Of a stretch of DNA of 64,000 bases, positions 23,822-34,548 are shown piece by piece (within the stretch, counting starts at the first letter, position 1; every line of letters starts with the position of its first letter). The DNA comes from Cyanidioschyzon merolae (lineage: Eukaryota). Under the pieces are notes generated by a model. The model was not told the origin of the DNA. It worked only from the letters and a program-made list of their open reading frames with translations, and searched no databases. Location: assembly GCA_000091205.1 (NCBI GenBank), contig AP006489.2, one strand, 5' to 3'. A program made the translations under genes and the position numbers.

Positions 23822-25170
23822 TGTCAAACTAAAATGCGTAACTGACCTGGTCGCTCTACTCATGTCTTGTGATTATGTTTCCGAACGTTTCATGGGTGTT
23901 TAGCCTCGGCATTCGATTTGCAGTCGCAAGGGATGCCGCTTTCATGCGTCGTTCTAGGATCCGCGGTCGTCGTTTCGGAGTGAGATTCTCGATGCTTTGC
24001 TGCTGGAATTCGGAACGATTCCAGAGTGAAGATGAGTCGCGAGGCAGTGGAACACGACTACGCAACACACGCGATACCATTGTGGTATTCGTATGTACCG
24101 GCAACCAGGCTACTCCTTTGCTTGTGTGCGTCGCATGCGCAGATCACACACAGGATTCATGTCTTCTATCGTTCTGTGTTCAGGCATTACGCGGACGAAG
24201 CAGTATGCGCTGTTGGATTGGCGAGCAAAAACACTCCATGTCGGGCGCTGAAACCTCGTTGACGAGTTCATGGCGAATGCTCACTGAACTTGTCCCGTCA
24301 ACACATCGATCTCATTCGAAACACACAAGTCCTACGCCCTGTGTATGGAGCCATCGACGACACAGCATTCGACAGCAGCATGACACCGGTCACGGGATAT
24401 GCTCCCAGACGCTGTTGTCTCTTCCGTTTCGATCGAAAAAGGGTCCTGGAGTCGGAATGCTATGATCACAGCGATCGCTTTCTGCGGAGAATGCTTCGCG
24501 ACTGAGAAAGAAGCGCGCGTTGCCGGATCGAAGGTTCTCGACTTGATCTCGAGCCTCGGTTTCCCTCTCGGTACTTGTTTCATCTCCGAGAGCAACGCTC
24601 AGCACAAAGCCGCTTGTAGAAAATCGAAAAACAAGCGTTCACGCGCCTAGAGAGCAGCGTACGAGGTCAAGGCATTGCCCCGAAGAAGCCAGCGGTATCA
24701 GGGAACTGCAGTGGGCACGTCAACTGAGGAGCGCATCGCGAGGAGCCTTCTGTACCCGTCAAGGGCATGGGCTGAGCGATACGGTGAGCGTTCACGCTCT
24801 GCAGAGTGGCGCTGCCACCAGGCGGAAATTTGCCGGAGACATGCATTCGAGTGCCTGACCAAAGTCAAGTGTCGCCGCTGCGAAGCGCGCACCGAGGCTG
24901 TTTCCGACAAGTACGAAACCGAAAAGCGAAGCGTGATTCGCGACTTGAGCCTGTGGACATCGTGCGTCGACACCAGCCGAAGCCCGTGATACCCGGACTT
25001 GGAAGCTGTTGTTGTTGTTGTCGTCGTCGTCATGCAGTGACTACTGGAAACAGAGCTGGCGAGACGAACACGATCCGCGTACGTAAACGCCGGAAATAAA
25101 AGAGGGAATATGCGGCAGTTGCAGACATAGCTTTCAACAACCGGTATTCATGAGAATGAAAAGAGACCCA
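23822..25170 (+). mobile_element. Family-A IS607-like element, copy A2
   Basis: About 99% identical to A1 (6373..7727) over about 1.35 kb. The same start (tgtcaaactaaaatgcgtaactgacc) and end (...ggtattcatgagaatgaa(a/g)agagaccc) with unrelated flanks. The ORF differences between copies are non-synonymous and random, so the element is non-coding. Confidence 0.6.
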
Positions 25171-25414
25171 AACTTTAGGCTGTACACCCGTGTTCGAGTA
25201 CCTGCTCCATGATATCACGAGATACGTGTATTCTCTACATCGAAGAAGGCACACAACGGTTTACGAGCCATGAAGCATGAAACGAGATCGTGCGTTCGGC
25301 GGAATCGTACATATTGCTTTAGTCTTTCAACGCAACGATATTGCATATCCGAATCATGTCATCGAATGCTTTTTCGCGGAGTATATCAAGAGATCGAAAT
25401 CACGATGCAATGCA

Positions 25415-26920
25415 CCATACAGATCGTAGACGAATTACCAATAAAACATATGCGTTACAGAACAGTGCAACGAGGACTGCATCCCTCCTTCTGTTCAGTT
25501 ATACCACAGGACGCAGATGAGAGAAGAACACAGAAAGAAACAAGTATATTTGCTCCGGCCCCAAAACTGGTATTCTTAACGTGTGCTTGCTGTAAATGGT
25601 AGAGAACAAGCAGTTGAGCACCTTTTACGGAAGGCAAAAGCAACGACACTAGCTACCACCGGCGCCTCTGTTTCTCTACAGCTTGTTCGTGTGGCACTGA
25701 AAACACTGGGATAGAGTCGCAGAAAAAGGGTGCTAGTTCATGAATGGCCATTTTCCATAGGAACCACGACTACAGCGTTCCTGGAACGTCGCAATTGGTA
25801 TTAGGGACCGAAAAGGCGACCTGTTTTCATCAGTAGATGACACTTGCTTCGGCCGAAACGGTCGCAGCGGCTATGGGTATTTGCGGAGCACGGAGCCCGT
25901 GGTATGTACAATCGAACTCCAAGAGGACTAAGACATCATTATCTGTTCGACCTGCATTGGATACATTTGGCGGCATCAGTTTCCCCCGTAGAGAAAGCTC
26001 ATACTACAGCACCAACCACTGTGTCGAATTATTGAAGACCTTTTCTCCTGAATGTCTCTTGACGCCCTTGTATTGAACGTTGCATTTCAACGTTCCGCTT
26101 GCGTTCGAGCTTTTGTCGATTCTATCTGGGTAGAGCTGCTTTTCGATCCTCCGTGCTTAGCGTGTTTCAACCCCATCGAACGAGTCTTTCGTATCCTGAT
26201 ACGTAATGATCGCTCCACTGGACGAAGCATCGAAGCTTTGAACACGCGGTGACATTCCGGGACACCTGTCGTCTTTCTTGTACAAGTGCTCCTCTCGCAG
26301 GGAACGCCCTCACATGAGGGCATGAACAAGTGCGTTCATTTTGAAGAAATAAAAAATCCAAGGGAAAGGTATCGAAATGGAACACGTGGATGCTGGATGC
26401 CCGACGTCGCCGGGTTCGGCGAAAAAAACGAAAAAAATCCTCTTCACGCCGACCAACGAGCGATAAAGCACAACTGACGAAGAATAAGGGCAAGAGGGCA
26501 GGTAAGCGAGCTCGGCTGGGCTTGCCCGATTTCAGGATGACGAGGCTGTGGTGCCCCTGAGGGCACGAGTTCCAGCAATCCTCGCATTGGTTCGTTCAAC
26601 CTCAGGCAATCACCGCGTAGACTTCGTGAGCCCGGACTTTAACGCTGTTCTTAATATCACAAGATGTACAGTGCTGAAGACGAGACTCGAGGAGCTGATG
26701 CGAGCCAGCTTGGTGTGGCAGCCTCGAATACTCGACGTATCCAAGAAGACCTGAAACCGATAGCAGGCGGCCGGTCGGAAAAAAAAGCCGGCAGGCATTT
26801 GGACGTCGCCATACGTTCGCCCTACATGTTCGTGAGCGTTTGTTCGTTTCCGAGACAATGCACTCCCAGTCTCAACACAAGTCGTGCGCTTGGAACAGGG
26901 TTTTTTTTCAAGTAGAGAAA
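25415..26920 (+). mobile_element. Family-B IS607-like element, copy B2
   Basis: DNA homologous to B1 along its length. KAKATTLATTGASVSLQLVRVALKTLG corresponds to the serine-recombinase motif. WVELLFDPPCLAC is a VdP..C..C zinc-finger-like segment. GNHRVDFVSPDFNAVLNITRC at 26632..26658 is RuvC-III-like. The 3' tail is homologous to the B1 and B3 tails. Confidence 0.5.
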
Positions 26921-27000
26921 ACTCAGGTTCAGAGCTGCACTAGACACTTGTTGCTTGCGAGGACTCTCCAATTCTGACGTTTGTCTTTGCCTTCACACAC

Positions 27001-27020
27001 ACACACACAGACTCACACCC
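27001..27020. repeat. (CA)n microsatellite
   Basis: cacacacacacacaca between B2 and the GNAT gene. Confidence 0.8.
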
Positions 27021-27042
27021 GGCGACGGATAGCTTCGCAAGT

Positions 27043-28347
27043 ATGACAGCAGACGTCTGGCTTCAGACGCTCGTTGGCGACGAGCTTCTCTTACGCAACT
27101 GGTGTGAAAGGGATCGAAACACGACTGGTGAATTAATTGCTCGCGTACTTTCCGAGTACGGTCTGGTGTGGGAACCCAACGGAGCCGACGCTGACGTCTT
27201 ACGCGTCGAGCAGGAATACTTTGGCGCCGGCGGAGAGTTCTTCGTCTTGGAGCATAAGCCTACCGCACAGATTGTAGGTTCTGTCGGCTGGTATCCACTG
27301 CCTCCCGAGACAAACGCGCCACTGCGGGCGGAGCTTCGCAAAATGTACCTTGAGCGCTCTTTTCGTGGAAGAGGGTTGGGTCGTCTGCTGTTGGCCTTTG
27401 CAGAGGCACGTATTCGCCAGACGAGCTGCGCTCCCTGGCAAGTGATCCTCGAGTCCGCATCAGTGCTCGAACGTGCCTGCGCACTATACCGCCGCTCGGG
27501 GTACACCGACCTGGCGGCGGCGACGAATCAAACCAAGCGATGCGACGTGGTGCTGACAAAGTGGATCGCTCCGCTTGCTCCTCTCTGTGGCGGGCCAGCG
27601 AGCCATAGCCATGCACCACGGCATGAAGCCGATAACCAGAACTGTTTGGCATGCGGAGAGCATGTCGACACTTGGACGCATTCGTGTTCTGCTGTGCACT
27701 TCGCCATTGCCAGCTGCGCGACGGCAACGTTCGGTTCGATAGTGGCGTGGTTACCCTTATCCTTGCGAGCGCCTGTGCCGACTTTGTGGCGAGTGACACT
27801 CTGGCTCGTCCAAAAACAGAACGCAGACGTCTCCTCTGCACAATACATGTGGATGCGTGCGTCGAATAGCGCTTCGAGTCGAGCGTCGCCGAATCTTTCA
27901 TGGCATTTTCTATACTGCACGCCGTGGTACACGATGATGGATGGAAACGGTGCTCATGGCGCATGTGCTTGTGACTGGGCGTGTGCTTGTTGTGCTTGTG
28001 GTGGCAGGTGCTGCTCGCCGTTGCCTCCGAGCTTGCGGTGCGGTGCGAATCCGCAGCTCGCTTTTCGGCAGGTGCTTGTACCGGGACCCGCGTCTGCGCA
28101 AGTGCTTCTTCTCCCAGGGCCGCAGCATCAATCGCTCGTTGCTGATCTGTGTTTGTTGCGTCTCCGTGACGTAAAGCAGCAGCGCTTTTCAGACGATGAA
28201 GCGATGGCTGCCGCAGAATATCTCTGGTGCAGGTGGGACGAACTCGCTCAGCGCATCGCTGAATGCGATCCACCGATGCGAGCGTTCCTTCAACAGGTCT
28301 GGCGTATACTGGACACAGTTCGCTGTTCGTTTGAGCCCGTGCGATAA
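27043..28347 (+). CDS. GNAT-family N-acetyltransferase (N-terminal domain; C-terminal part of ORF uncertain)
   Basis: Residues ~60-160 (FFVLEHKPTAQIVGSVGWYPLP...LRKMYLERSFRGRGLGRLLLAFAEARIRQ) show the GNAT acetyl-CoA-binding motif (R/Q-x-x-G-x-G/A). The downstream Cys/Ala-rich stretch looks like read-through or low complexity. The real stop or an intron may lie near ~27.65 kb. Confidence 0.45.
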   Translation: MTADVWLQTLVGDELLLRNWCERDRNTTGELIARVLSEYGLVWEPNGADADVLRVEQEYFGAGGEFFVLEHKPTAQIVGSVGWYPLPPETNAPLRAELRKMYLERSFRGRGLGRLLLAFAEARIRQTSCAPWQVILESASVLERACALYRRSGYTDLAAATNQTKRCDVVLTKWIAPLAPLCGGPASHSHAPRHEADNQNCLACGEHVDTWTHSCSAVHFAIASCATATFGSIVAWLPLSLRAPVPTLWRVTLWLVQKQNADVSSAQYMWMRASNSASSRASPNLSWHFLYCTPWYTMMDGNGAHGACACDWACACCACGGRCCSPLPPSLRCGANPQLAFRQVLVPGPASAQVLLLPGPQHQSLVADLCLLRLRDVKQQRFSDDEAMAAAEYLWCRWDELAQRIAECDPPMRAFLQQVWRILDTVRCSFEPVR

Positions 28348-29747
28348 GCACATAACGTTCTCTAGCGCAAAAAATGACAACAATTCACGCAGAGCGGGTT
28401 TCGGGTGCGTGCATTTCATTATGCAGGGTTAACGTTGCGGGCACGAGCGTCGAGTCCAGGTACCGTGTCGAGTCAGCGAATGTGCGCTGGTCAGGGCTTT
28501 GGTTTCAAGAAGCGTGCTGCACTTGTGTTGTGCATCGAGACAGAGGCGTCTATTCCAAGGATTGCTGGGTTCGGTGCGAGGATCGAATAGAAAGCGCACT
28601 TGCCAGGTTGAAACAGGGTGCAAGACGCACACGGTGCCAGGCGGGTCGTTGCACTGGCACTGAGATCCCGCGAGTTTCCGTGGCAGATGCTACACTACAT
28701 TGCACCGGCTGATAACGAGTCTGGTGTTCGCTGATGCGGTAGATATTCATTTTGCAGGGTACGCATCTGTGTTTGGTTTCGAATACAGCGTCGGCGTCCG
28801 TGGAAAGGGAAACGAAAGGTTGCCGCAGCGTTACCCAGGACATCAGAGGCACACCTGCTGTGCGGTGGTGGTACATGATATGCATGGAATTGAGCGTGCA
28901 GCATTTGTTAACTCGAGAATGCGTTGATGGAGCCGAGTTCATCAGCATGAGAAAAGTTGCCTGTGAGTCGCGTTCCCCAAAGGCGGGCTTCTGGTTTCCT
29001 TTACATTAGCCAATGTCCAAGAAGCGCAACTGTATGAGATGTGACACGGGGCTGTATGCGGGGCGAGAAAGTCTGCGAGTCGTGCTCGAAGGCGCTTGCG
29101 CTACGACGCGGCCTTTCATCGGTAAGCGCCGATTGACGGGCTCTGGAGAAGCGCACAGTAGTGCATGCGCTCATGGGTTGCCTGACGTGCGGTGACCACG
29201 GTACTCTCGCACACCGCAACAGATAGACAGGCTACTCAGCGAACGCGACGCCCTCTGCACGACCCGAACGCATATGAAACCTACCAAAAATGATGTCTGT
29301 TGGGGTCATTTCTTGCCTTGCTCTGTATTCCGCGTGAATGATGTACGTGCACAATTCGGGGCAAGTACACCGCGTGCATCGGCTCGTTGAGGGCATTGCC
29401 TCCATCTCTCCTGCTAAAGCTCAGCATGCAAGCACTTGCCGATCCTTGGTGGCCCTGAGGAACCTGCCTACTACCAGCTGTGGTCGTCCACGACGATTTT
29501 CTCGTCGTGCAGCGCTTTTGAACGCGCTCGGCAAAGTGCTAGATGCATTGCGCTTTCAAGCGCGCTCTCTCTCTCTCTCGCTGATCACGAAATCATCGAT
29601 CGAGGTGCCCTGCAGAGCCCCGACCTGACCCAGATGCCACCGGGGACATCCCAGGAAAGCCACCATGTCGCCAGATCCGTCAATGAAGCAGGCACCACGG
29701 CTTGCTCCGTTTCATGACCGAGGGTGGCGAGTGCGCACAGCGTCACC

Positions 29748-29770
29748 CAGTGTGTGTGTGTGTGTGTGTA
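29748..29770. repeat. (GT)n microsatellite
   Basis: gtgtgtgtgtgtgtgtgtgt. Several other short (CT)n/(GT)n tracts lie nearby. Confidence 0.8.
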
Positions 29771-30272
29771 TGCACGCATCCTCATGCGTACGTCTACAGA
29801 GAGCCACATATAGGTGTATACGCATTTCGCTCGCAAAGGGAAAATGCGTCTCATTAGAGTATGTGGAATTTGCTTCGGAATTTCCCGCTGCACAAGCATG
29901 TGCCTCTGTCTTGGATGTATATATCACATTGGACTCCTCTTCCGGATACGCACAATGCTGTCTGTGACCAAAGCATGCATGTCAGCTTCAGTGCAAGTGC
30001 TTCCGGACGGTACCACTTCTGATCGTATCGCATCGTATAGAACACAAGATCGATTCGGTCAGTGATCCGGCAGTCGCTGAGCCCATCGTCATGACGCAGC
30101 GGCACAGGCCAGGGCATTGCAATGCCTTGGCACACGACGCTTCAAAGCGTCGACTAGCCAGCGCTGGTTCGGGGCTCATTATCCTTCCTGGACCCCAACA
30201 GGGCGACTTTGAACACATGAGCGCACGAGTCAGCGATGCCAATCGGTGCTAGGGATCGTAGGTTCAACGAAT

Positions 30273-30734
30273 TTATCGTTTTGCGTCTGATACATGAGAT
30301 GTCTGGGCAGCGTGTCTGCGAATACCAGCTCGGGCTACGTTCCTCCGGTGGGCGCGGCTCTGTTTATGTCTCGCAAGCGTGCACGCTCGCGCAAAGTCCC
30401 GCTTGCACGTCGTGCAGCGCAGCGTCGCGTTGGCTAACGCTCCGCTCGATGGTGCGACTGCTTCCTCGCTTTGCGAAGCACTGGGCGTGTTCGAAGGCCC
30501 TTGTTGGGACGCTGAGCTTCGTCGTTCTCTTGATGGAGGCGTCTGCCGCCAGTTTTCCAAACTCTGACTTTCGCTGGTCACCAAGCTCGTGGGCTGTCGG
30601 ACCAGCTCGACTGTCTGTGGTGCCCAAGACAGCGCCACGGGTGCCTCAGACTCGAAGGGCTCGTCCATTGAACTCTCCGAAGACGGTCGAGTCACCGCAA
30701 TGGGTACGCTCCCGGTAACAGGGAAGGCGCGCAT
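30273..30734 (-). CDS. Putative small C2H2 zinc-finger protein (speculative)
   Basis: 153-aa ORF with LRCTTCKRDFARACTLARHKQSRAH, which fits C-x2-C-x3-F-x5-L-x2-H-x5-H. No other support. Lies in a long intergenic tract. Confidence 0.2.
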   Translation of the reverse strand: MRAFPVTGSVPIAVTRPSSESSMDEPFESEAPVALSWAPQTVELVRQPTSLVTSESQSLENWRQTPPSRERRSSASQQGPSNTPSASQSEEAVAPSSGALANATLRCTTCKRDFARACTLARHKQSRAHRRNVARAGIRRHAAQTSHVSDAKR

Positions 30735-31299
30735 GAGCTCCCGAAGTGCGCAGCGCTGTCGGTGCGACGAGCTTCACTGCACGTTCAAGGCAAAACGGTT
30801 GAACTGTGGCGCAACGCCCTACCGGTAGCGGTTTGAAACCGGGGCATCCAGGTGGCCCGATTTGGCTTGACCTTTTCTGTCAGGTTGATACAATGATTTA
30901 TCATAAATGTCAGGCTTTGTTTCAGCTGCGTTGCCTGACGGCTGAATTTGGGATGATTGCCACGACATGGCCGGTGCGCTGCTCAATGAGAGAGAACTCA
31001 TTCGCGACCAATGCGTTTCAAAGGCAGCGGCGCTAGCGCCTGTGGAAAACGCTACCCCCGAACGAGTCACGAGAGGGATCGACGGAGGCTCCGTATTATC
31101 CTGTGAGAATGCACTAAAGTCGGCGGAACGTAGCGGTGTCGAAAGAGGAAGGCTGGTGTTGGCCCTGGACAGCGGTACCAACTGCGCAGCTGAGAGACGA
31201 CGGCTGGAGTCGTCGATTTGGCAACGTAGGAGTAAACCTGCGCGCATGGTAGAATCAGCGACCAGAACCACGTCCAACTGAATGGGAACACTGAAGTCT

Positions 31300-32560
31300 T
31301 TGTTCTGTTTCTGCTTGTCGATTTTCCCGGTGTTTTTTGGTGTCGACCCTGCACTTTTGGAAGTGAAGCAAGAAAGGCACACAGCTTACCAGTTAGTTTA
31401 CGTTTCCCGGTTATGTTTTTGACGTGACTCGTTTCGCGCTTTGCCGCTGGAACTCGTGACATCCTGGAACAACGCTGCGCAAAACTACCAGAATCATCAT
31501 TCCATGCTCATGCACGAGCCTCCACGGTTCACCTTCGCTTTCCAAGTAGCATACGCAAATCACGCAGTGTTCAAGTATTTGATCTTTGTGTTTCACTGCA
31601 AATCGTGGGCGCTTCAATTCGTGTCGCTGGACTGAAGATGACCAGTACACGATATCGTTGATTGAAGACCTTTTCACATGCTCATGCCGAAAGTTCATTG
31701 AACTGTTCGAGTCGAACAATGAACTCTGCTCGAAAGACAAATCCCTCTCTATTTCCGGTCGTCGAAGGATCAGCATTCGACTGCAGCATGATACCGCTGA
31801 CGGGATATGATCCCAGAGGCGCCGGTCTCTTCCGTTCACAAACGGAACAGCGTCTTGGACTTAGGCTTTCGCGATGGCAACGATCGCTTCCAGTAGAGAC
31901 ATCGTCATCGCTTGCCACAGAGGGAGCGTAGGCGGATCGAGATTTCTCGACCCGTCCTCCAGCACAGGATTTTTTTCCGATACCCGTTTCATCATGGATA
32001 CCATCGCGTTTCACAAATCCTGTATTGACTAGCACGGCGGATGCCTGTACGTCCAGCTGGCAGCTGCGTATTCGCCGAGGAGATCACCTACGCGAAGCTC
32101 GTGTTTGTAGATTGCAGCGCTGGACGCGGAAACGGAGTGCATCGAGGAAAGGTATCTGTACTACGCCAGGTCATGCACCGAGCGATGAAGCACGCTTTTT
32201 CGCGCTACAGGTCTGCTCTCGAAGGAGGTGTTGTAGTGGACATACGGGAGCTCCTGATCACAGACAAGTGTCCCAGCTGCAAATGGCGTACCGAATCCGC
32301 ATGCAGAGAAGATCACCATCGCAAGCGAAGCGTAGGTCGTAACCGCAGCCTATGAGTGGAATGTCGTAGAGAACTTGCGGAAGCAGCGGACTCGGGACTT
32401 GAACGCCGCATTCAGTGTCGTTCGACTGCCGAAACCCGGCCTGACGAGAAACGCGAGACCGGCATATTGCAAGGCGCGAACAAGATAGAGGAGAAGGTAG
32501 CAGCGGTTTAGACAACCCGTAAAAGTTGGTATTCATCATGGTGAGAAGAGACCCAAACGT
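31300..32560 (+). mobile_element. Family-A IS607-like element, diverged copy A3 (best-preserved TnpB C-terminal motifs)
   Basis: DNA homologous to A1 throughout, about 75-80% identical. ORF 32041..32355 reads ITYAKLVFVDCSAGRGNGVHRGKVSVLRQVMHRAMKHAFSRYRSALEGGVVVDIRELLITDKCPSCKW. This corresponds to TnpB RuvC-II (ivfEdLnvkgM...WgeFrrqLeYKAew.Gk.vv.vDp.yTSQ.CS.CG). RDLNAAFSVV at 32393..32422 is RuvC-III RDxNAAxNI. The end motif ggtattcatcatggtgagaagagaccc is at ~32527. Confidence 0.6.
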
Positions 32561-32599
32561 TTGCGTGTACGCATGTGGTAGGTTTCCTGACCCGTTCTC

Positions 32600-33330
32600 A
32601 TCTGACATGGATGCAGAAGAACCGTGGCCTTCTCGCAGGTATGCGACAGCAACTGCGCGTGCTAGCGGTCCAGCTTACTTGTCCCGATCTCACACGAGAA
32701 ACAGTTGATCAACGGAAGGAAAATCTCTCGCGTCCGTACAAGGTAAATATATGCAACCACGCAGAGGACGCCTCCAAGCTTTTTTTTCTGAACTGGCCGA
32801 CCGCTATCGGTTTCAACTTATCCAGGCATCACTTTGAACCAGAGAGGTTGTCCCACGAAGTTTACTCGCCTCAGATCCTCGGGTCTCATCTTGAGCACTG
32901 CACATCGTCTGGTATTCATAGCAGCGTTAAAGTCTCGGTTCACGAACTCTATGCGGTGATCGCCTCTGGTTGAACTCACCAATGCGGGGATTGTTAGAAC
33001 TCGCGCCCTCTGTGCCACTAGAGTCTTCTGAGCGTCCCGTCGGGGAAACAGCTTGTCTCGTCTATCTCCCCTGTTCTTCTGCTTCTTCTTTTTCGTCACT
33101 TGCTCTGCTTCGCTCCATGGTCGGCAAGAAGAAGATTTTCGTCGAGTTTTTGTCGACCCTGGTAATGAAGGGCCCTCCAGGATTCCCTACTTCCATGTCC
33201 ATCCCTTTCCCTAGAGTTTTTTATGTTTGAACTTGAACGCATTCGATCCCGTCTATTATAAACCGCGAAAAAGCATTTGATGACACCCACCTTCACGTGG
33301 AACACAACTGAGGTAAAAGTCTGCATGCGT
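32600..33330 (-). mobile_element. Family-B element, truncated copy B3 (minus strand), abutting A3 tail-to-tail
   Basis: ORF 32818..33099(-) contains GDHRIEFVNRDFNAAMNTRRCAVLKMRPEDL (RuvC-III-like, 32911..32937). The 3' tail (32600-32820) reverse-complemented is homologous to the B1 and B2 tails (gaaaccgatagcggtcggcc...). The 5' part is lost to truncation before the Utp6-like gene. Confidence 0.45.
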
Positions 33331-33594
33331 CCGCAACCGCCGTCGATACATTAGGCAACGAACGCCTCAAAAACCTCCCAAACGTTGTTGTTACGGTTGC
33401 AGTCCAGCTCTGGCAAGCTGCTTCATCAAGAATAGGACGACTCTTCGAACGAGGCGCTGACTGTCGTCGCAGGCGCCACGATTCAAGGCGGCCGGTTGCC
33501 GTTTCCCAAAAGTCGACGCGAGGCATCCCTGATCCCGGAGTTCCCTCGTATCAGGCTTGTGGGTTCGTCACGTCGGGGGCGCAAGTGATCTTCC

Positions 33595-34548
33595 ATGGCT
33601 GCTCTCAGTGTCGAGCGTAACCTGGAGCAAGTCCTGCATCAAACTCGGGAACAAGTAGACGCTGGCGTGTGGACGTTGGAAGAGGCAGCACAGTTACTGC
33701 AGCGCCGACGGGCCTGGGAGTGCTCCCTCGCGCGCCTGAAAACTGGGAAAACTGCGGTTGAACAACTCCGTGATACCTTCAAGTCGTATATCACGTATGA
33801 AATCGCGGTCCTGGAACTCATCAGACATCGTTTTGGCCGTCTGAAACGGAGCCGTGAACCCCAGCGGCCCGCAGCAGGAGCGACCGGGCTGCGGCGGCCC
33901 CGCGCCCAGCAGTTCAAAGTACTTGGGAAAATGCGCCAACGCGTTTTCCAACTTTATGAACGTGCCATCTCTTGTAGGTCGTTGCGGACTGATGAGTCGT
34001 TGTGGCTTGCCTATATGCGGTTCGCTGCGCGTACCGGAGAGGTGCGGAAACTGCGCCCGATACTGGTACGTGCGATGCACCAAGTAGGTCCCTACTCTGC
34101 GCGTATTTTCGCAGTTGCGGCCGCTCTTGAGGCAGATGTTTGTGGTTCCATATCGACAGCACGGGCGGTTTATTTGCGGGGCCTTCGACATCACGACCAG
34201 AATGCTGAATTATGGGCGCAGTACGTGATTTTCGAGGTCACCATGGCCCTAAAACGTATCGGTCGTGAAGCCGTCTTGCACGACGTGAAGCGTCAAATGC
34301 CTGATGCGGCAGTTTGGCAAGTTCCACGAACGGTGCGATGCTATGCGCTTACAACGCTCACGCTAGCGGAACTGCGTCAGCAGTTTCACGACTGCCTAGA
34401 GAGCATGTTGAAACAGGTTGGAGGTATTTGGCAAGAAGATCCAGCGTTCTTAGCTCATGCAATTGGCGTGGACAGAGCTCGACCTGCACCCGCAACGCTG
34501 GAAGCTGGTCTCGGTGTGTCCGACCCGGCGATGCTTTCCGCGTCATAG
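33595..34548 (+). CDS. Utp6-like HAT-repeat protein (U3 snoRNP/SSU processome component, short form)
   Basis: N-terminus LEQVLHQTREQVDAGVWTLEE...FKSYITYEIAVLELIRHR resembles the Utp6 N-terminal domain (FLRYIEYEMNLEKLRKKR). HAT/TPR-like repeats follow (LWLAYMRFAARTGE..., ELWAQYVIFE). Confidence 0.45.
   Translation: MAALSVERNLEQVLHQTREQVDAGVWTLEEAAQLLQRRRAWECSLARLKTGKTAVEQLRDTFKSYITYEIAVLELIRHRFGRLKRSREPQRPAAGATGLRRPRAQQFKVLGKMRQRVFQLYERAISCRSLRTDESLWLAYMRFAARTGEVRKLRPILVRAMHQVGPYSARIFAVAAALEADVCGSISTARAVYLRGLRHHDQNAELWAQYVIFEVTMALKRIGREAVLHDVKRQMPDAAVWQVPRTVRCYALTTLTLAELRQQFHDCLESMLKQVGGIWQEDPAFLAHAIGVDRARPAPATLEAGLGVSDPAMLSAS

Noticed and set aside
6373-25170. The 1.35 kb repeat pair as a segmental duplication of the locus.
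   Set aside because: Homology starts and stops abruptly at identical positions (tgtcaaactaaaatgcg... ...gagaccc). The sequences immediately outside are unrelated.
27260-28351. Long antisense ORFs overlapping real genes. Examples: 27260..28351(-) 363 aa opposite the GNAT gene, 51997..53463(+) 488 aa opposite the low-complexity gene, 12096..12653(-) and 15342..15977(-) inside RPC1, and 8188..8547(+) inside squalene synthase.
   Set aside because: They sit in reverse frames of strongly supported genes in GC-rich DNA. They have Arg/Ser/Cys-rich random composition and match no family.
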